Shown piece by piece: positions 29,580 through 40,511 of a stretch of 64,000 bases of DNA; the stretch's first letter is position 1; the number at the start of each line of letters is the position of its first letter. Under the pieces are notes generated by a model. It was not told the DNA's origin. It did no database searches and worked only from the letters and a program-made list of their open reading frames with translations. The DNA is from an uncultured candidate division Zixibacteria bacterium. GTDB taxonomy: Bacteria > Zixibacteria > MSB-5A5 > UBA10806 > 4484-95. The translations under genes were made by a program, and so were the position numbers. Location: contig CAXXKA010000008.1 of the NCBI GenBank assembly GCA_963668625.2, positions 896,001-960,000 of the forward strand, written 5' to 3'.

Positions 29580-30677
29580 CTACTCCATGCATTTCAATGT
29601 TCGAGGATACCTGGCGATGTATCTGATATCCTCTTCGGGAAAATCCCCGAGAAACCCGGTGTTTTTAATAGCCTGTTCCAGGAAATTATAGTTCAACTCG
29701 TAACTGTAGTCTTGCATATACCCGGCGATATCGCCCGAATGTATGTTGTTAATATCGATGACGAACACAGGAGAGTTGCAATCGAATTCCAGAGAACTGA
29801 ATTCGAGGTATTTATGATTTGGTCTCTCTATGGATTTGAAATGAATCGTCCGGTTCGGAATATCATATACTATATTCCAGACAGTGCGTTTGCCGGATTT
29901 CACGAGCGCCAGAACATCGAAAGCGTATTTTATATCTTTATTAGCGTTTTCCGGTTTGAATTTATCGGCTTTTACTCCGGCATGCACGAATCGATCCAGC
30001 GAGGCTTCGCGGCTAAATACTTCTATCTCTGTTTTGCGTTCACCGAGCTTTTTATCTCCGCCGAAACAATCATATTTCCCGGCAAATTCGTATGATTCGG
30101 CATATGTGTTATTGGTTATCACCTCTATGGGCATATCCATCCCGGAATGAGCCACCATCTTGCCATTTAAAATTTCTATCACCGCCGTATTCCCGGTGGC
30201 ATCCACAACGAAATAATGAACCAGCGCGTTGTTATCGCCGTTAATACGAATCTCTTTGTCGGTCGCGATGACTTCCTCGACAGTCCTGCATCTATCGAGC
30301 TGATACTGCACCCACTGTGTATTGCCGATACTCGGACGGTTATCAGGCCGTGGATATTCAGTGGCGCGTAACCACAGAATCTCCACCACCAGGCCGGCCT
30401 CGTTCATCCCACCATTAGGATTTTCCCGACCATACTGGTTGAAAGTGACGCTGCCATATTTTGACACCCAATTCGCGGGATTGCCGGAGATCAACGCGGT
30501 TTTCGCCACGCTTGCTTTGTTAACTATCAGTAATCCCGAACTAACGCTCCAATCGTAATTTTTTGCTACATATATATGGCCATCGCCTTGCAAGCATAAG
30601 GCCGTGCATGGGATAATTGTCTCATTGATAAATAGTAAGCTTACCAAAGCCGCGATCGATATGATAGACTTATTCAT
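29580..30677 (-). CDS. Linear amide C-N hydrolase (choloylglycine hydrolase/penicillin V acylase family), exported
   Basis: Signal peptide, Ntn Cys (CTAL..AKNYDW), GGMNEAGL, ITNN. Confidence 0.88.
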   Translation of the reverse strand: MNKSIISIAALVSLLFINETIIPCTALCLQGDGHIYVAKNYDWSVSSGLLIVNKASVAKTALISGNPANWVSKYGSVTFNQYGRENPNGGMNEAGLVVEILWLRATEYPRPDNRPSIGNTQWVQYQLDRCRTVEEVIATDKEIRINGDNNALVHYFVVDATGNTAVIEILNGKMVAHSGMDMPIEVITNNTYAESYEFAGKYDCFGGDKKLGERKTEIEVFSREASLDRFVHAGVKADKFKPENANKDIKYAFDVLALVKSGKRTVWNIVYDIPNRTIHFKSIERPNHKYLEFSSLEFDCNSPVFVIDINNIHSGDIAGYMQDYSYELNYNFLEQAIKNTGFLGDFPEEDIRYIARYPRTLKCME

Positions 30678-30794
30678 TTTCACTCCTCGATACCATCGAC
30701 GGTTCATCTAGTTTTTTCTAGCCTGCACGTAATGTTCGGTTTGATACCGGCAATGTACGATTCAAAATTTCTATGTATACTGTAGGAAAATAAT

Positions 30795-33700
30795 TCATTG
30801 GCGCGTGTAATGCAAACTCTTTGATTTGGGCTTTGCCGATCTGGACATTTTATCGAGTTCCGCTCGCACTGCTATTGCGATCGTTTTCATGGTAAGAGGT
30901 TTTCTGATATAAGAACCTGCTCCGAGTTCGAGCGCCGCCTTCACACGATCAGTTTCAGCGTATCCCGAAACTATGATAGCTCGCTGCTTGGGATTGATAT
31001 TAAGAGCCTGTTTGTAGGTCTCGGCGCCGTCGATACTCTCGGGCATTATCATATCCAGTATTAAAAGGTCGAACGAGCGGGTATTCAAAATCGATAAAGC
31101 CATCTCACCGGAATCGGCGGCCACAACCTCGTAACCGAGTTGTGCAAGTAAAGCAATGGCTATCTCGCGTTGAGTCTGATCATCATCCACGACCAGTATG
31201 CTTTCATCGCCACCTTCGATTTTGTCGGATGCCTCCTCTCTTACCTGTTCACGCGTAATCGGGAAATACAAAAAGAATCTTGTGCCTTCGTTCGGTTTGC
31301 TCTCAATATCCACGAAACCGTTATGATCCTCCATTACGGCATGCACTACACTTAAGCCGAGGCCTGATCCTCGCGAAACATCCGCGCGTTTGGTAGTAAA
31401 GAACGGATCGAATATTTTGGGTCTGACATTCTCTGGAATACCACAGCCGTTATCGCTGATAGTAAGTTTCACGTATTCGCCCCTGGGTATCATTCCATAG
31501 CGGGCGACCGAGTCATCGATATAATAATTTTCGGTTCGTATCTCAACCTTGCCATCCCTACCGAGAGCATCCCAGGCATTCGTTAGAAGGTTGGCGATAA
31601 CGCGGCTTATTTGAGATTTTCCACCATTTATATTCATAAGATTGGACGAGTAATGTTTCAGTAACGGTTTATCCCCTTTTTCAGAGAGCATGCTACTGAC
31701 GACGCTGTCTATAACAGCATTCAGGTTCAGCGGTTCGAGATTATAATGCCCCCGTCTGCCCAGGACTAAAAGCTCCTGGTTGATTTCCGCCATATATAAG
31801 GCGGCCTGTTCCATTTTTTGGATATATTTCATGGCGGGATGATTGATATCCAGTATCCCTCTGATAATATCAGGATAGGCGGTAAGCGGCCCCAGAAGGT
31901 TGTTGAAATCATGGGCGATTTGCCCCGATATTCGGCCGGCCGTCTCTAACCTCTGGGTGCGGTTGACAAGCTCCTCTAGGTTTTTCTTTTCGGTAACATC
32001 AATTACCGCCATGATAGCGCCTTCATAATTCCCTTCGGAGTCGAGCTTGGGCGACACGGTTGCCAGGATGTGTTTCTTGTTTCCTTTTGCGGTAATTATT
32101 TCCAACTCATACTGTGAATTACTATCCAGTCTTCTTGACTCCCCAATTTTATGCAAGTATTCATGCAGCTCATCAGGAATAAAATCGAAAATTCTTTTCC
32201 CTACCAGCGCTCCCGGATCGCTCACCTCGAGAATTTGCGCTAAAGCAGGATTGCTAAAAAGGAAGTTCCTGTGCTCATCGACTACACTTATCCCCTCCAA
32301 TACCGAATCGAATAGTTGTTGATAACGCTGTTCCGATTCCCTCAGTTCGATCTCGTATTTCTTGCGTGAAGTGATGTCTCTTACGATTGCCAGAATAAAA
32401 TCCTCATCACTGAGAGAGAATTGATTGAGGCTTACCTCGGCATCGAATAAGGTTCCATCCAGACGGAGGTGTTTCCATTCGAAAAATTGCGGTTGGCCGT
32501 TCAATGCGGCCTTGATTTTTTCCATCGCTTTATCCGAAGATAACTCTCCCTTATCCTGATATTCAGGAGATAATTTGTATGGCGACTTGCCAACTATATC
32601 TTCTCTTTTACACTTGAATATTTCGAGTGTTTTAGAGTTACAATCGATAAATAATTCACCTTTCATAATAAATATGGAATCATTGGCTGATTCGAATAAT
32701 GTCCTGTATTTCTGCTCGTTCTCTAATCTTGCTTGTTCTGCTAATTTGCGCTCCGTGATATCGGGGAAAACAAGGAAACTGGCTATGAGCTTGCCTGCTT
32801 TATCGAATAAAGGAATGCAATCGACAATAGCATAGCGCACGGACCCATCCTCCCTGACTATCCTATGCTCCCGTGTTAAGGTTCGCTGTCCTTTCAGCGC
32901 TTTGACAAGAGGAAGTTCATCGAAAGGGATCAGGTTTCCATCGACGTCATAGTCTTTCCAGGTTATCGCCAAATCCAAAATGCTTACACCAACCTGGGAT
33001 GGGATATCGCTCACGGCAAGAATATCGCTGCAAGCCCGGTTATACATCCTGAGCACCAAATCAGGTGAACTCACCAGAGCCATAGGTATAGGCGATTGAT
33101 CTATGATCGATTCGAGCAGCGACTTCGAGTTTTCCAGTTCATATTCTGCTTTTTTTCTATCGGTAATATCTTTGCCAACCCCACGTATACCAATTACTTG
33201 GAATTCATTATCATATACGGGTAATCCCGATAGTTCAAGAAATACATTATGGCCATCCAGATGTTCGAATCCCAACTCGATACCCGAAAATGGATGTGGA
33301 TCGTCTAAAGTATTGTTTCTAATACTATTAAGTTTTTCCGTATCTTTAGGTGCTACGAAGTCAAAGATGTTTTTACCGACAATCTCGTCTGCCTTAAAGC
33401 CCAGTATTTCTACAATTTTAGGACTCATATAGGTGCAGTTCAGTTCATTGTCTGTTTCCCAGATTATATTCTCGGAGGTTTCTATTAACGATCTGTATTT
33501 TTTCTCATTATTGGTAAGCGCTTCTTCGATATTTTTCTGATGCGTGATATCCCGAAACATCGCTGCTACCTTACCCTGGGTGATTTGGAATACCACGACC
33601 TCATACGCGCCCTTTATCAAACCACCTTCGTAATCGACCCGCTCGGTTCGCCAGGGAGTACCCTCCAGGGCCGCCCATTTGTAACGCTCGGGAACCTCGG

Positions 33701-34379
33701 TATTTTTCAATTGAGGAAACGCCTCATCGATTGTTTTTCCGATAAATCGAGAATGCTCCTCACCGAGTATTCTATCTGCCGACTCATTTGCGCCAACGAA
33801 CACTAAATTACCGTCACTATTAATGTCGTAAAGATGTATCCCGAGAGGGGAGGCTTCGATGATGTTACGGAATGTGTTTAAGCTTTCATCCAGGGCGCTT
33901 TTCAATTTTACCTGTTCGGATATATCCTCAACCGATAATGCTATACCGTCAAATTCGTTGTTTTTGTCAAATAGCGGGGCGGCGCTTAAAGACACTATAA
34001 TATGTTTGGAGTCTGGGAATTCTAATTTATACTGCTGGTTGTTTAGAGGTTTTAATGTTTTTTGGATGACTTCGAAAGGCTGCTTACTTATGGGAACTGG
34101 ATTGTCGTTTAAATCTTTGACAGTCAGTTTGGCATTAGCGTATTTTTCATTGAGTACGTCATTTCTGTTTAATCCAAGTAACTGTTCCGTATAGCTGTTA
34201 AGTAAAACTACATTTTGACATTTATCGATTACAGCGAGTCCGGTTGGAATCTTTTCTATGATTCTTTCTAGGAAATCTCTGCTTACGTGCTTTTTTTGTT
34301 TATATTCGAGCTGTTCTTCCAGGTCTTTGACTTTTGCTTCAAGCTCGTCTATTCGCTTTAATAATCTTTTTTGGGTCAT
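30795..34379 (-). CDS. Multi-PAS hybrid sensor histidine kinase/response regulator
   Basis: About six PAS repeats (DISEQ, DITHQK, DITDRK, DITERK, DITSRK, DVTEKK), AHDFNNLL H-box, [15 protein letters not shown]-terminal receiver. Confidence 0.93.
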   Translation of the reverse strand: MTQKRLLKRIDELEAKVKDLEEQLEYKQKKHVSRDFLERIIEKIPTGLAVIDKCQNVVLLNSYTEQLLGLNRNDVLNEKYANAKLTVKDLNDNPVPISKQPFEVIQKTLKPLNNQQYKLEFPDSKHIIVSLSAAPLFDKNNEFDGIALSVEDISEQVKLKSALDESLNTFRNIIEASPLGIHLYDINSDGNLVFVGANESADRILGEEHSRFIGKTIDEAFPQLKNTEVPERYKWAALEGTPWRTERVDYEGGLIKGAYEVVVFQITQGKVAAMFRDITHQKNIEEALTNNEKKYRSLIETSENIIWETDNELNCTYMSPKIVEILGFKADEIVGKNIFDFVAPKDTEKLNSIRNNTLDDPHPFSGIELGFEHLDGHNVFLELSGLPVYDNEFQVIGIRGVGKDITDRKKAEYELENSKSLLESIIDQSPIPMALVSSPDLVLRMYNRACSDILAVSDIPSQVGVSILDLAITWKDYDVDGNLIPFDELPLVKALKGQRTLTREHRIVREDGSVRYAIVDCIPLFDKAGKLIASFLVFPDITERKLAEQARLENEQKYRTLFESANDSIFIMKGELFIDCNSKTLEIFKCKREDIVGKSPYKLSPEYQDKGELSSDKAMEKIKAALNGQPQFFEWKHLRLDGTLFDAEVSLNQFSLSDEDFILAIVRDITSRKKYEIELRESEQRYQQLFDSVLEGISVVDEHRNFLFSNPALAQILEVSDPGALVGKRIFDFIPDELHEYLHKIGESRRLDSNSQYELEIITAKGNKKHILATVSPKLDSEGNYEGAIMAVIDVTEKKNLEELVNRTQRLETAGRISGQIAHDFNNLLGPLTAYPDIIRGILDINHPAMKYIQKMEQAALYMAEINQELLVLGRRGHYNLEPLNLNAVIDSVVSSMLSEKGDKPLLKHYSSNLMNINGGKSQISRVIANLLTNAWDALGRDGKVEIRTENYYIDDSVARYGMIPRGEYVKLTISDNGCGIPENVRPKIFDPFFTTKRADVSRGSGLGLSVVHAVMEDHNGFVDIESKPNEGTRFFLYFPITREQVREEASDKIEGGDESILVVDDDQTQREIAIALLAQLGYEVVAADSGEMALSILNTRSFDLLILDMIMPESIDGAETYKQALNINPKQRAIIVSGYAETDRVKAALELGAGSYIRKPLTMKTIAIAVRAELDKMSRSAKPKSKSLHYTRQ

Positions 34380-34675
34380 ATGAATTTAACCAGAATTATC
34401 CGTTTACCCCAAGTTTATTTATAAACATAAAATACAATATACTAAACATATATCGGTAGTACATCGGTCATCTTTCATCAATAAGCCATAATATGTTTAC
34501 TTATTTAACTTTAATAACAGTTACAATTGTATTTATCGAAAATAATGATGAGTATATATTAACCTTAATGTTAACATGCAAACAATTTCTAATGTGGCCA
34601 TAATGGGGTGTTAGTGTCATATTATTAATGGAACCACCATCAAGATATGGCGTTAATATACGATATAAAAAGTGA

Positions 34676-34704
34676 TTGACTTTATCTTGCTTGCTGTTTA
34701 ACAT
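34676..34704 (+). promoter_or_regulatory. Sigma70-type promoter of tRNA-His/hisS
   Basis: TTGACT-17 bp-TAACAT. Confidence 0.6.
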
Positions 34705-34717
34705 AGACAGGTATTTT

Positions 34718-34791
34718 GCCGACGTAGCTCAGCTGGCTAGAGCGCCTGACTGTGGATCAGGAGGTCTTGGGTTCGATCCCCGACGTCGGTA
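34718..34791 (+). tRNA. tRNA-His(GTG): no encoded G-1, G1-U72 pair, A73, CCA not encoded
   Basis: Cloverleaf with acceptor GCCGACG/CGTCGGT, D-arm GCTC/GAGC, anticodon arm CCTGA-CTGTGGA-TCAGG, T-loop TTCGATC. Confidence 0.95.
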
Positions 34792-34814
34792 TTTTTTTAT
34801 TCCGGAGGAAAATT

Positions 34815-36227
34815 ATGGCGGATGTTAAGCCGAGACTGTTAAAAGGGTTTAGAGATTTATTGCCAGATGAGGCGTTATTTCGCGAGCAGATTATCTCAAA
34901 GATTAGAAAAGTGTATGAATCATATGGATTTGCGCCTATCTCCACGCCGGCGCTGGAATATAAAGATATTCTACTTGGCTATGGCGAGGAGGCCTCCAAG
35001 CAGATCTACCTGTTTACCGATCCAGATAAAAACGAGGTCGGGCTTCGCTACGATTTGACTGTTCCGATTTCAAGGGTGATGGCTCAATATAAAGATATAG
35101 TCCGGCCGTTTAAACGTTATCAGATTCAACCGGTATGGCGCTACGATAAGCCCGATCCGGGGCGTTTCCGTGAGTTCATGCAATGCGATATCGATATTAT
35201 CGGCTCCAAATCAATGCTGGCGGATACCGAGATTATGGTTGTGATGGTTGAAGCGTCTAAAGCTATCGGCCTGGAAACGAAAATCAGGTTTAACAATCGT
35301 AAAATTCTAAACAGCCTTGTCAGATTCGTTGGTATGACCGAGGATTCCGCGCATTCGGTGTTCCGGGTACTGGATAAGCTCGATAAACAGGGGCTGGATA
35401 ATGTCAAGCTGGAACTCGGGCCGGGACGTAAAGATGAATCGGGTGATATGATAGCTGGACTCGGATTGAATGAAGATCAGATTGCAAAGATAGTCGACTA
35501 CATTCAGCTTCCCAGCAAGAACCGTAAAGAGGCGCTCGATTCGATCGGTTGTTTATTCGAATCTCTGGAGGGCAGCGAAGAAGGCATCGATGAACTGGCG
35601 CAGATAGATTCCAACCTGTCTTCCATGGGCGTATCCGATGATCAGGTGGTTATCGATTTCAGTATCGCCCGGGGATTAGATTATTACACGGGCCCGATAT
35701 TCGAGGCGGTTTTTACCAATGAGAAGATTAACCGGGTAGGCAGTATCATGGGGGGCGGACGATATGACAATTTAATCGGCAAGTTCGCCGGGCAAAATAC
35801 GCCGGCCACCGGTGGCTCAATCGGTATTGACCGCTTGATCGCGGCTATCAGGATGCTGGAAAAGAGCGCGCCGCGTTCCTCCACTGCTGATGTGCTGGTT
35901 ACGGTTATGGATAAGGATAAGCTTCCACGTTATATAAAAATCGCTTCTAAATTGCGATCCTCCGGTATTAAAACCGAACTGTACCTGGGTAAAGAAGGAG
36001 CAATCGGCAAGCAGATGAAATACGCTGACCGTGCCGGTATTCCTATCACGGTTATTGCCGGCTCCGATGAGTTCGAGCGGGACGAGATATCGATAAAAAA
36101 CCTGAATGTGATCAAACAGCAAGATGTTCAGATCGAGGACAGGCAGGAGTGGATCGATAAAAAGCCCGGCCAGGTTACAGTGCCGATGGCTAAAATGGTT
36201 GAAACGATAAAGTCGTTTTTGGAATAG
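34815..36227 (+). CDS. hisS: Histidine--tRNA ligase (alphaproteobacterial-like type)
   Basis: KGFRD, LRYDLTVP, GRFREFMQCDIDI, RGLDYYTG, GGGRYD, SIGIDRL, KQMKYAD. GGAGG RBS before ATG 34815. Confidence 0.96.
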   Translation: MADVKPRLLKGFRDLLPDEALFREQIISKIRKVYESYGFAPISTPALEYKDILLGYGEEASKQIYLFTDPDKNEVGLRYDLTVPISRVMAQYKDIVRPFKRYQIQPVWRYDKPDPGRFREFMQCDIDIIGSKSMLADTEIMVVMVEASKAIGLETKIRFNNRKILNSLVRFVGMTEDSAHSVFRVLDKLDKQGLDNVKLELGPGRKDESGDMIAGLGLNEDQIAKIVDYIQLPSKNRKEALDSIGCLFESLEGSEEGIDELAQIDSNLSSMGVSDDQVVIDFSIARGLDYYTGPIFEAVFTNEKINRVGSIMGGGRYDNLIGKFAGQNTPATGGSIGIDRLIAAIRMLEKSAPRSSTADVLVTVMDKDKLPRYIKIASKLRSSGIKTELYLGKEGAIGKQMKYADRAGIPITVIAGSDEFERDEISIKNLNVIKQQDVQIEDRQEWIDKKPGQVTVPMAKMVETIKSFLE

Positions 36228-36350
36228 ATTCAGCAATAATTCGTCGATTCTACGAGTTCCTATACTTAAATATATCACATTTTATTTGTTTCACGCCGAT
36301 AACACTCATATACTCAAAGGTAAATTAGAACTAAAAGGAGTACTAATAAA

Positions 36351-38381
36351 ATGATTAAGACATCCCGCGCACTGCTAATAGCAATAATGTTAACGACTGC
36401 GGTTATGGCCGAACAATCAATCACATTCGATGATTTATACAGCTACCCCCAGCTCGAAAATTTCTGCCTTTCTCCCGATGGCAAATACATTGCCGCCGAG
36501 GTAACCGAGTACGATCTCTCGAGCGACGAGGCTTTCACCAATATCTGGATAGTACCGGTGGATGGCGGCGGGGTGTATCAACTAACAAATGGCGGAAATG
36601 ATACGCAACCGGCCTGGTCTCCGGACGGCAACCGTATCGCCTTTATCTCTACTCGCGGGGATGGTTTTACCGGGCAACTCTGGACTATATCGCTATATGG
36701 AGGCGAGGCAACCCTTCTAACCGACAACTACTCCGATTTCGCTTATCCGGTATGGTCAGGTGACGGCAAATCGATTATAGTGCAAACCTCGGTCTATCCC
36801 GAATGTAACGCGGATGACGAGTGTAACCGCCGGATTGACGAGGATAAAGAGGAAAGCGAGGTCAAGGCGATTCTTTATGATGATTTGTTATTCCGTCACT
36901 ATAAATGGTGGAACGATGGCAAGCGAAATCACTTGTTTCTAGTCGATACCCAAACCGGAGAGTACTCCGACCTGACTCCTTTCGATAAGGACGCCCCTCC
37001 GATAGCGGGAAGTTCCGATCCCGGGTACGCGTTCTCGAAAGAAAACAGCGAGATCGCGTTCGTCATGAACACCGATACGGTAGTAACGATTAGCACTAAC
37101 AATGATGTTTTCACGCTCAATATCAAAACCAATCACCTGACCCGTATATCCGATTCTCCCGGTTATGATGATAATCCCGTATATTCCCCTAACGGTCGGC
37201 TTATCGCATATCGTTCGATGGCGCGCGGTGGCTACGAGGCGGATCAGCGAGATTTGATACTGTATAAACGGGTAAACGGGGAATATGAAAATATAACTCA
37301 GGAGTTCGATCGTTCTGTCAACGAGGTTGTCTGGGGACCGTATTCGAAATATATTTACTTCAACGCGGTCGATCAGGGAAAAAGTAAGATCTACAAGCTA
37401 ACTCTTAAAACTGGTAAAATCACTACTCTTGTTGATGACGGCGTTTGCTGGAATTTACAGATTTCAAGCAATGGCCTGTATCTTTACTATATAAAATCTA
37501 CCGAAACCGAGCCATATGAGATATACGAGTACAACAGCAAGAACAACAGACAATCGCGTCTGACACATTTCAGTGATGAGCGGTTCAAAGATCTGGAGCT
37601 TTCACCTGCAGAGGATTTTCTGTTCATTGGCGCCAATCAGGATAGTATCCACGGCATGCTGACCTTCCCGCCGCAATTCGATAAAACATCCAGGTATCCA
37701 TTGGTACTTCTGATACACGGCGGCCCGCAATGGTGCTGGCTGAAAGATTTTAATTACTACGGCTGGAATACCCAGCTTATGGCGGCTCAAGGATATATAG
37801 TGGCGCAGATCGATCCTCACGGCAGCCGGGGGTACGGCCAGGTTTTCGTGGATGCGGTCAACAACGACTGGGGCGGCGCTCCGTATGAGGATTTGATGCT
37901 GGGGCTGGATTATCTGATAGCCGAGCATGAATATATCGATACCACGAAGTTAGCGGCGTTGGGGCGATCTTATGGGGGCTATATGGTCAACTGGATCTGC
38001 GGCCAGACGGACAGATTCGCCTGCTTGATCAGTGTCGACGGCAGTTTCGAAAATATCAGCGACTACTATTCCACCGATGAACTCTGGTTCCCGAACTGGG
38101 AGTTCGGCGGACCGCCCTGGGAGGCCAGGGCTAACTATCTCAAACATTCTCCGGCAGAATATGTGGCTAATTTCAATACCCCCACGATGGTGATACACAG
38201 CCAGTACGATTACCGGGTGGATATCAGTCAGGGGATCATGATGTTTACTGCGCTGCAGGCCAGAAACGTACCATCACAGTTTTTATATTTCCCCGATGAG
38301 GGACATAGCATCAGAAAACTTCACAACCACCGCCACGTATACCGTGAGCAATTCGAGTGGTTGGGCAAGTATTTGAAATAA
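36351..38381 (+). CDS. S9-family serine peptidase with beta-propeller, exported
   Basis: Signal peptide, WSPDG repeats, IHGGP, GRSYGG, DYRV, FPDEGH. Confidence 0.93.
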   Translation: MIKTSRALLIAIMLTTAVMAEQSITFDDLYSYPQLENFCLSPDGKYIAAEVTEYDLSSDEAFTNIWIVPVDGGGVYQLTNGGNDTQPAWSPDGNRIAFISTRGDGFTGQLWTISLYGGEATLLTDNYSDFAYPVWSGDGKSIIVQTSVYPECNADDECNRRIDEDKEESEVKAILYDDLLFRHYKWWNDGKRNHLFLVDTQTGEYSDLTPFDKDAPPIAGSSDPGYAFSKENSEIAFVMNTDTVVTISTNNDVFTLNIKTNHLTRISDSPGYDDNPVYSPNGRLIAYRSMARGGYEADQRDLILYKRVNGEYENITQEFDRSVNEVVWGPYSKYIYFNAVDQGKSKIYKLTLKTGKITTLVDDGVCWNLQISSNGLYLYYIKSTETEPYEIYEYNSKNNRQSRLTHFSDERFKDLELSPAEDFLFIGANQDSIHGMLTFPPQFDKTSRYPLVLLIHGGPQWCWLKDFNYYGWNTQLMAAQGYIVAQIDPHGSRGYGQVFVDAVNNDWGGAPYEDLMLGLDYLIAEHEYIDTTKLAALGRSYGGYMVNWICGQTDRFACLISVDGSFENISDYYSTDELWFPNWEFGGPPWEARANYLKHSPAEYVANFNTPTMVIHSQYDYRVDISQGIMMFTALQARNVPSQFLYFPDEGHSIRKLHNHRHVYREQFEWLGKYLK

Positions 38382-38387
38382 AACCGT

Positions 38388-38418
38388 AAGCCGGGTTCGA
38401 GCAGAGCCCGGCTTTTTT
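38388..38418 (+). terminator. Intrinsic terminator
   Basis: AAGCCGGGTTC/GAGCCCGGCTT stem followed by a T-tract. Confidence 0.75.
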
Positions 38419-38651
38419 CTTTCTATATCTCGTTACGTTTACCTATCAGGATGGCGCGTTAGACAAACGTACCAGGGAGATGCCAGGCCTGGTGCCCACG
38501 ACAGTTGGTGGTACGATAGTAATACCTCATCCGAGACGAGTGGTGGAGTTTTTAGAGGAAATGGGGTAAAGCCAATTAAAGTCCGCCATTGCAAGAAGGC
38601 GAAACAATCTTCCAGAATAGCAACTCGCTGTATTAAGCCGCTGATTAGTAT

Positions 38652-38678
38652 CATTGCGAAGCAGCGCTTCGTAACGAG
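38652..38678. repeat. REP-like palindrome TTGCGAAGCAGCGCTTCG(C/T)AACGAG, second copy at 62244-62270
   Basis: Two near-identical intergenic palindromes. Related palindrome near 62176-62198. Confidence 0.7.
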
Positions 38679-38740
38679 GTTTAAGGAATACACGCAGTAA
38701 ATCATTGCATTTATACAGCCACTATATTAAAATTACCCTC

Positions 38741-39589
38741 ATGAATAAATCTTCGAATAAACTTTTCCACCCGGCTTTTATTATAGCCCTGGCTGTCCTT
38801 CTGGTAAACGATCATTTTCTCAAAGCTGCCCATCCGGGATGGCTGACCGGTAAGCTCTCCGATTTCTCCGGCCTGTTCGTGCTGGCGGTGTTTGTCAGTG
38901 TAAATGCCGGCCGGTATTTTAAATCATCGAAATCGATTATTATTATTCACATCACGATTGCCTTCGGTTTTATTCTCTGGAAAATCGCTCCGGTGGAGAA
39001 CCTGTTCATCGCAATTAACGGGCATATCGATATTCCTCTACCCTCGCGGGTGAAAGATATCACCGACCTGATCGCTCTGGCGGTATTGCCTCTCAGCTAT
39101 ACATTCGTCAAGCGTTCTCACGATAGCAGGCTCGTTCGGCGGCTTTCATATGGCCTGCAGAAAGCAGCCTCGGTTATTCTGATATTGATAACCGGTGCAG
39201 CCGTTATAGCTACACCACCGGGCAAGAAATATAATCTCGAGCCGGGGGCAACTGCCGAAACCTATAAAAGCCAGAACAGGCTGAGAGAGATTTTCGAGCA
39301 GACACTGGCCGAGCAGGATATAGAGATTCAGAATATAACCGATCTTGATGATACCACGGCTCATTACAAGCTGAAATTCTTTCAGAGCGATGACCCGCCG
39401 ACTCATGACTATCCCGAAAGCGACAGGATGTTTATCACTTTCCTGACACTGGTATATTCCCCCGGCAATCATACCATAGCTATAACCAATATCGATGGCT
39501 GGGTGACACACGATTTGCCGGAGGAGAAGGAAATGGCAGAATTCTATACAAAGTATCTTATCGATCCGTTTTTGGAGAAAATGAAATAA
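38741..39589 (+). CDS. Hypothetical membrane protein
   Basis: LLVNDHFLK..PGWLTGKLSDFSGL motif, TM helices, then a soluble domain. Confidence 0.7.
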   Translation: MNKSSNKLFHPAFIIALAVLLVNDHFLKAAHPGWLTGKLSDFSGLFVLAVFVSVNAGRYFKSSKSIIIIHITIAFGFILWKIAPVENLFIAINGHIDIPLPSRVKDITDLIALAVLPLSYTFVKRSHDSRLVRRLSYGLQKAASVILILITGAAVIATPPGKKYNLEPGATAETYKSQNRLREIFEQTLAEQDIEIQNITDLDDTTAHYKLKFFQSDDPPTHDYPESDRMFITFLTLVYSPGNHTIAITNIDGWVTHDLPEEKEMAEFYTKYLIDPFLEKMK

Positions 39590-39700
39590 ATAATGTTGCA
39601 TTCTGTTTTCATCAAATAGAAAATGGTGATAAATCTAGCTCGATTCGATCATGACATCAACTTTCCAGAGGGCCCCATCTGATATTGACTAGTATAATAT

Positions 39701-40372
39701 TTGTTTCCGGATTTACGTTTCGCTCAGGAGGATTCCGTTCTCGTTAATGCCTATTTGAATTCGTTGCCTAATAAGGTTTATTACGGCCGAGATCTGAGCG
39801 ATAATAAGATATGGAATTGTTATGATAAAATCAATTTCACTACTGCTAAAAAGGTTGATGAGTCGAGTGATACGATGGTTAACTATCATTTATCAAGAAG
39901 CGCTTTAAAAGAAAACATAACCAATTACTATTACTACATCCCCTCGGTAGAGGACTCCTCGCGAGAGATTATATTTACCGGCATCAATGGAAATGATCAA
40001 AAGACTCGTCATAATGGCAAACCATATCCGCCCACTTTGGAGGAGGCTGAAATACAAGCTGCCTCAATAGATATGTTCTCCGAAGATCTCTCGAGATATC
40101 AATATCTGTACTTTTTCGATAACGCCATTGAGTTAGAAGCGATCGGCTGGCTAGCAATGGAGACAGGTTATATATCCGGGTTAATCCGGCTTATAGGTAA
40201 ACAAGGCTCACTGGGCGAGAAAAATCTTAAAATAATAGCACTATCCTCGCTTGGAGCATGCCTTACTTTTATGGCGGCGGATATGATTGACGCTAAAATT
40301 CGTCAGAGAAAATCTTTAAAAATACGCCGAGAGCTGCTCGAACGAATCCATCAAAATAACCAACGGAAATAA
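39701..40372 (+). CDS. Hypothetical protein, N-terminus possibly frameshifted
   Basis: 223-aa ORF with C-terminal hydrophobic segments. A signal-like sequence lies upstream in another frame. Confidence 0.5.
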   Translation: MFPDLRFAQEDSVLVNAYLNSLPNKVYYGRDLSDNKIWNCYDKINFTTAKKVDESSDTMVNYHLSRSALKENITNYYYYIPSVEDSSREIIFTGINGNDQKTRHNGKPYPPTLEEAEIQAASIDMFSEDLSRYQYLYFFDNAIELEAIGWLAMETGYISGLIRLIGKQGSLGEKNLKIIALSSLGACLTFMAADMIDAKIRQRKSLKIRRELLERIHQNNQRK

Positions 40373-40511
40373 CTATCATTCGAATAAATTAAAAGCTGTT
40401 GAAATTATAAGCGTATTCTATTAATATTTAGCCTGTGCAAGGATGATCTGATACTCCTACTCGCACGTATTATCTTTTGAAAACACGATAACCCTCATCC
40501 CGGGAGGAGCT

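Noticed and set aside
34752-34814. ORF-track N-terminal extension of hisS
   Set aside because: It overlaps the tRNA-His gene. ATG 34815 has the RBS.
38429-38700. Possible structured RNA (tmRNA, RNase P, riboswitch) or the 88-aa ORF
   Set aside because: No diagnostic motifs recognised. Only REP-like remnants and a 9-bp inverted repeat at the edges.
40380-40511. Glycine riboswitch upstream of the alanine/glycine symporter
   Set aside because: No GGAGA...CCGAAG...CTCTCAGG aptamer motifs, and the leader is short.
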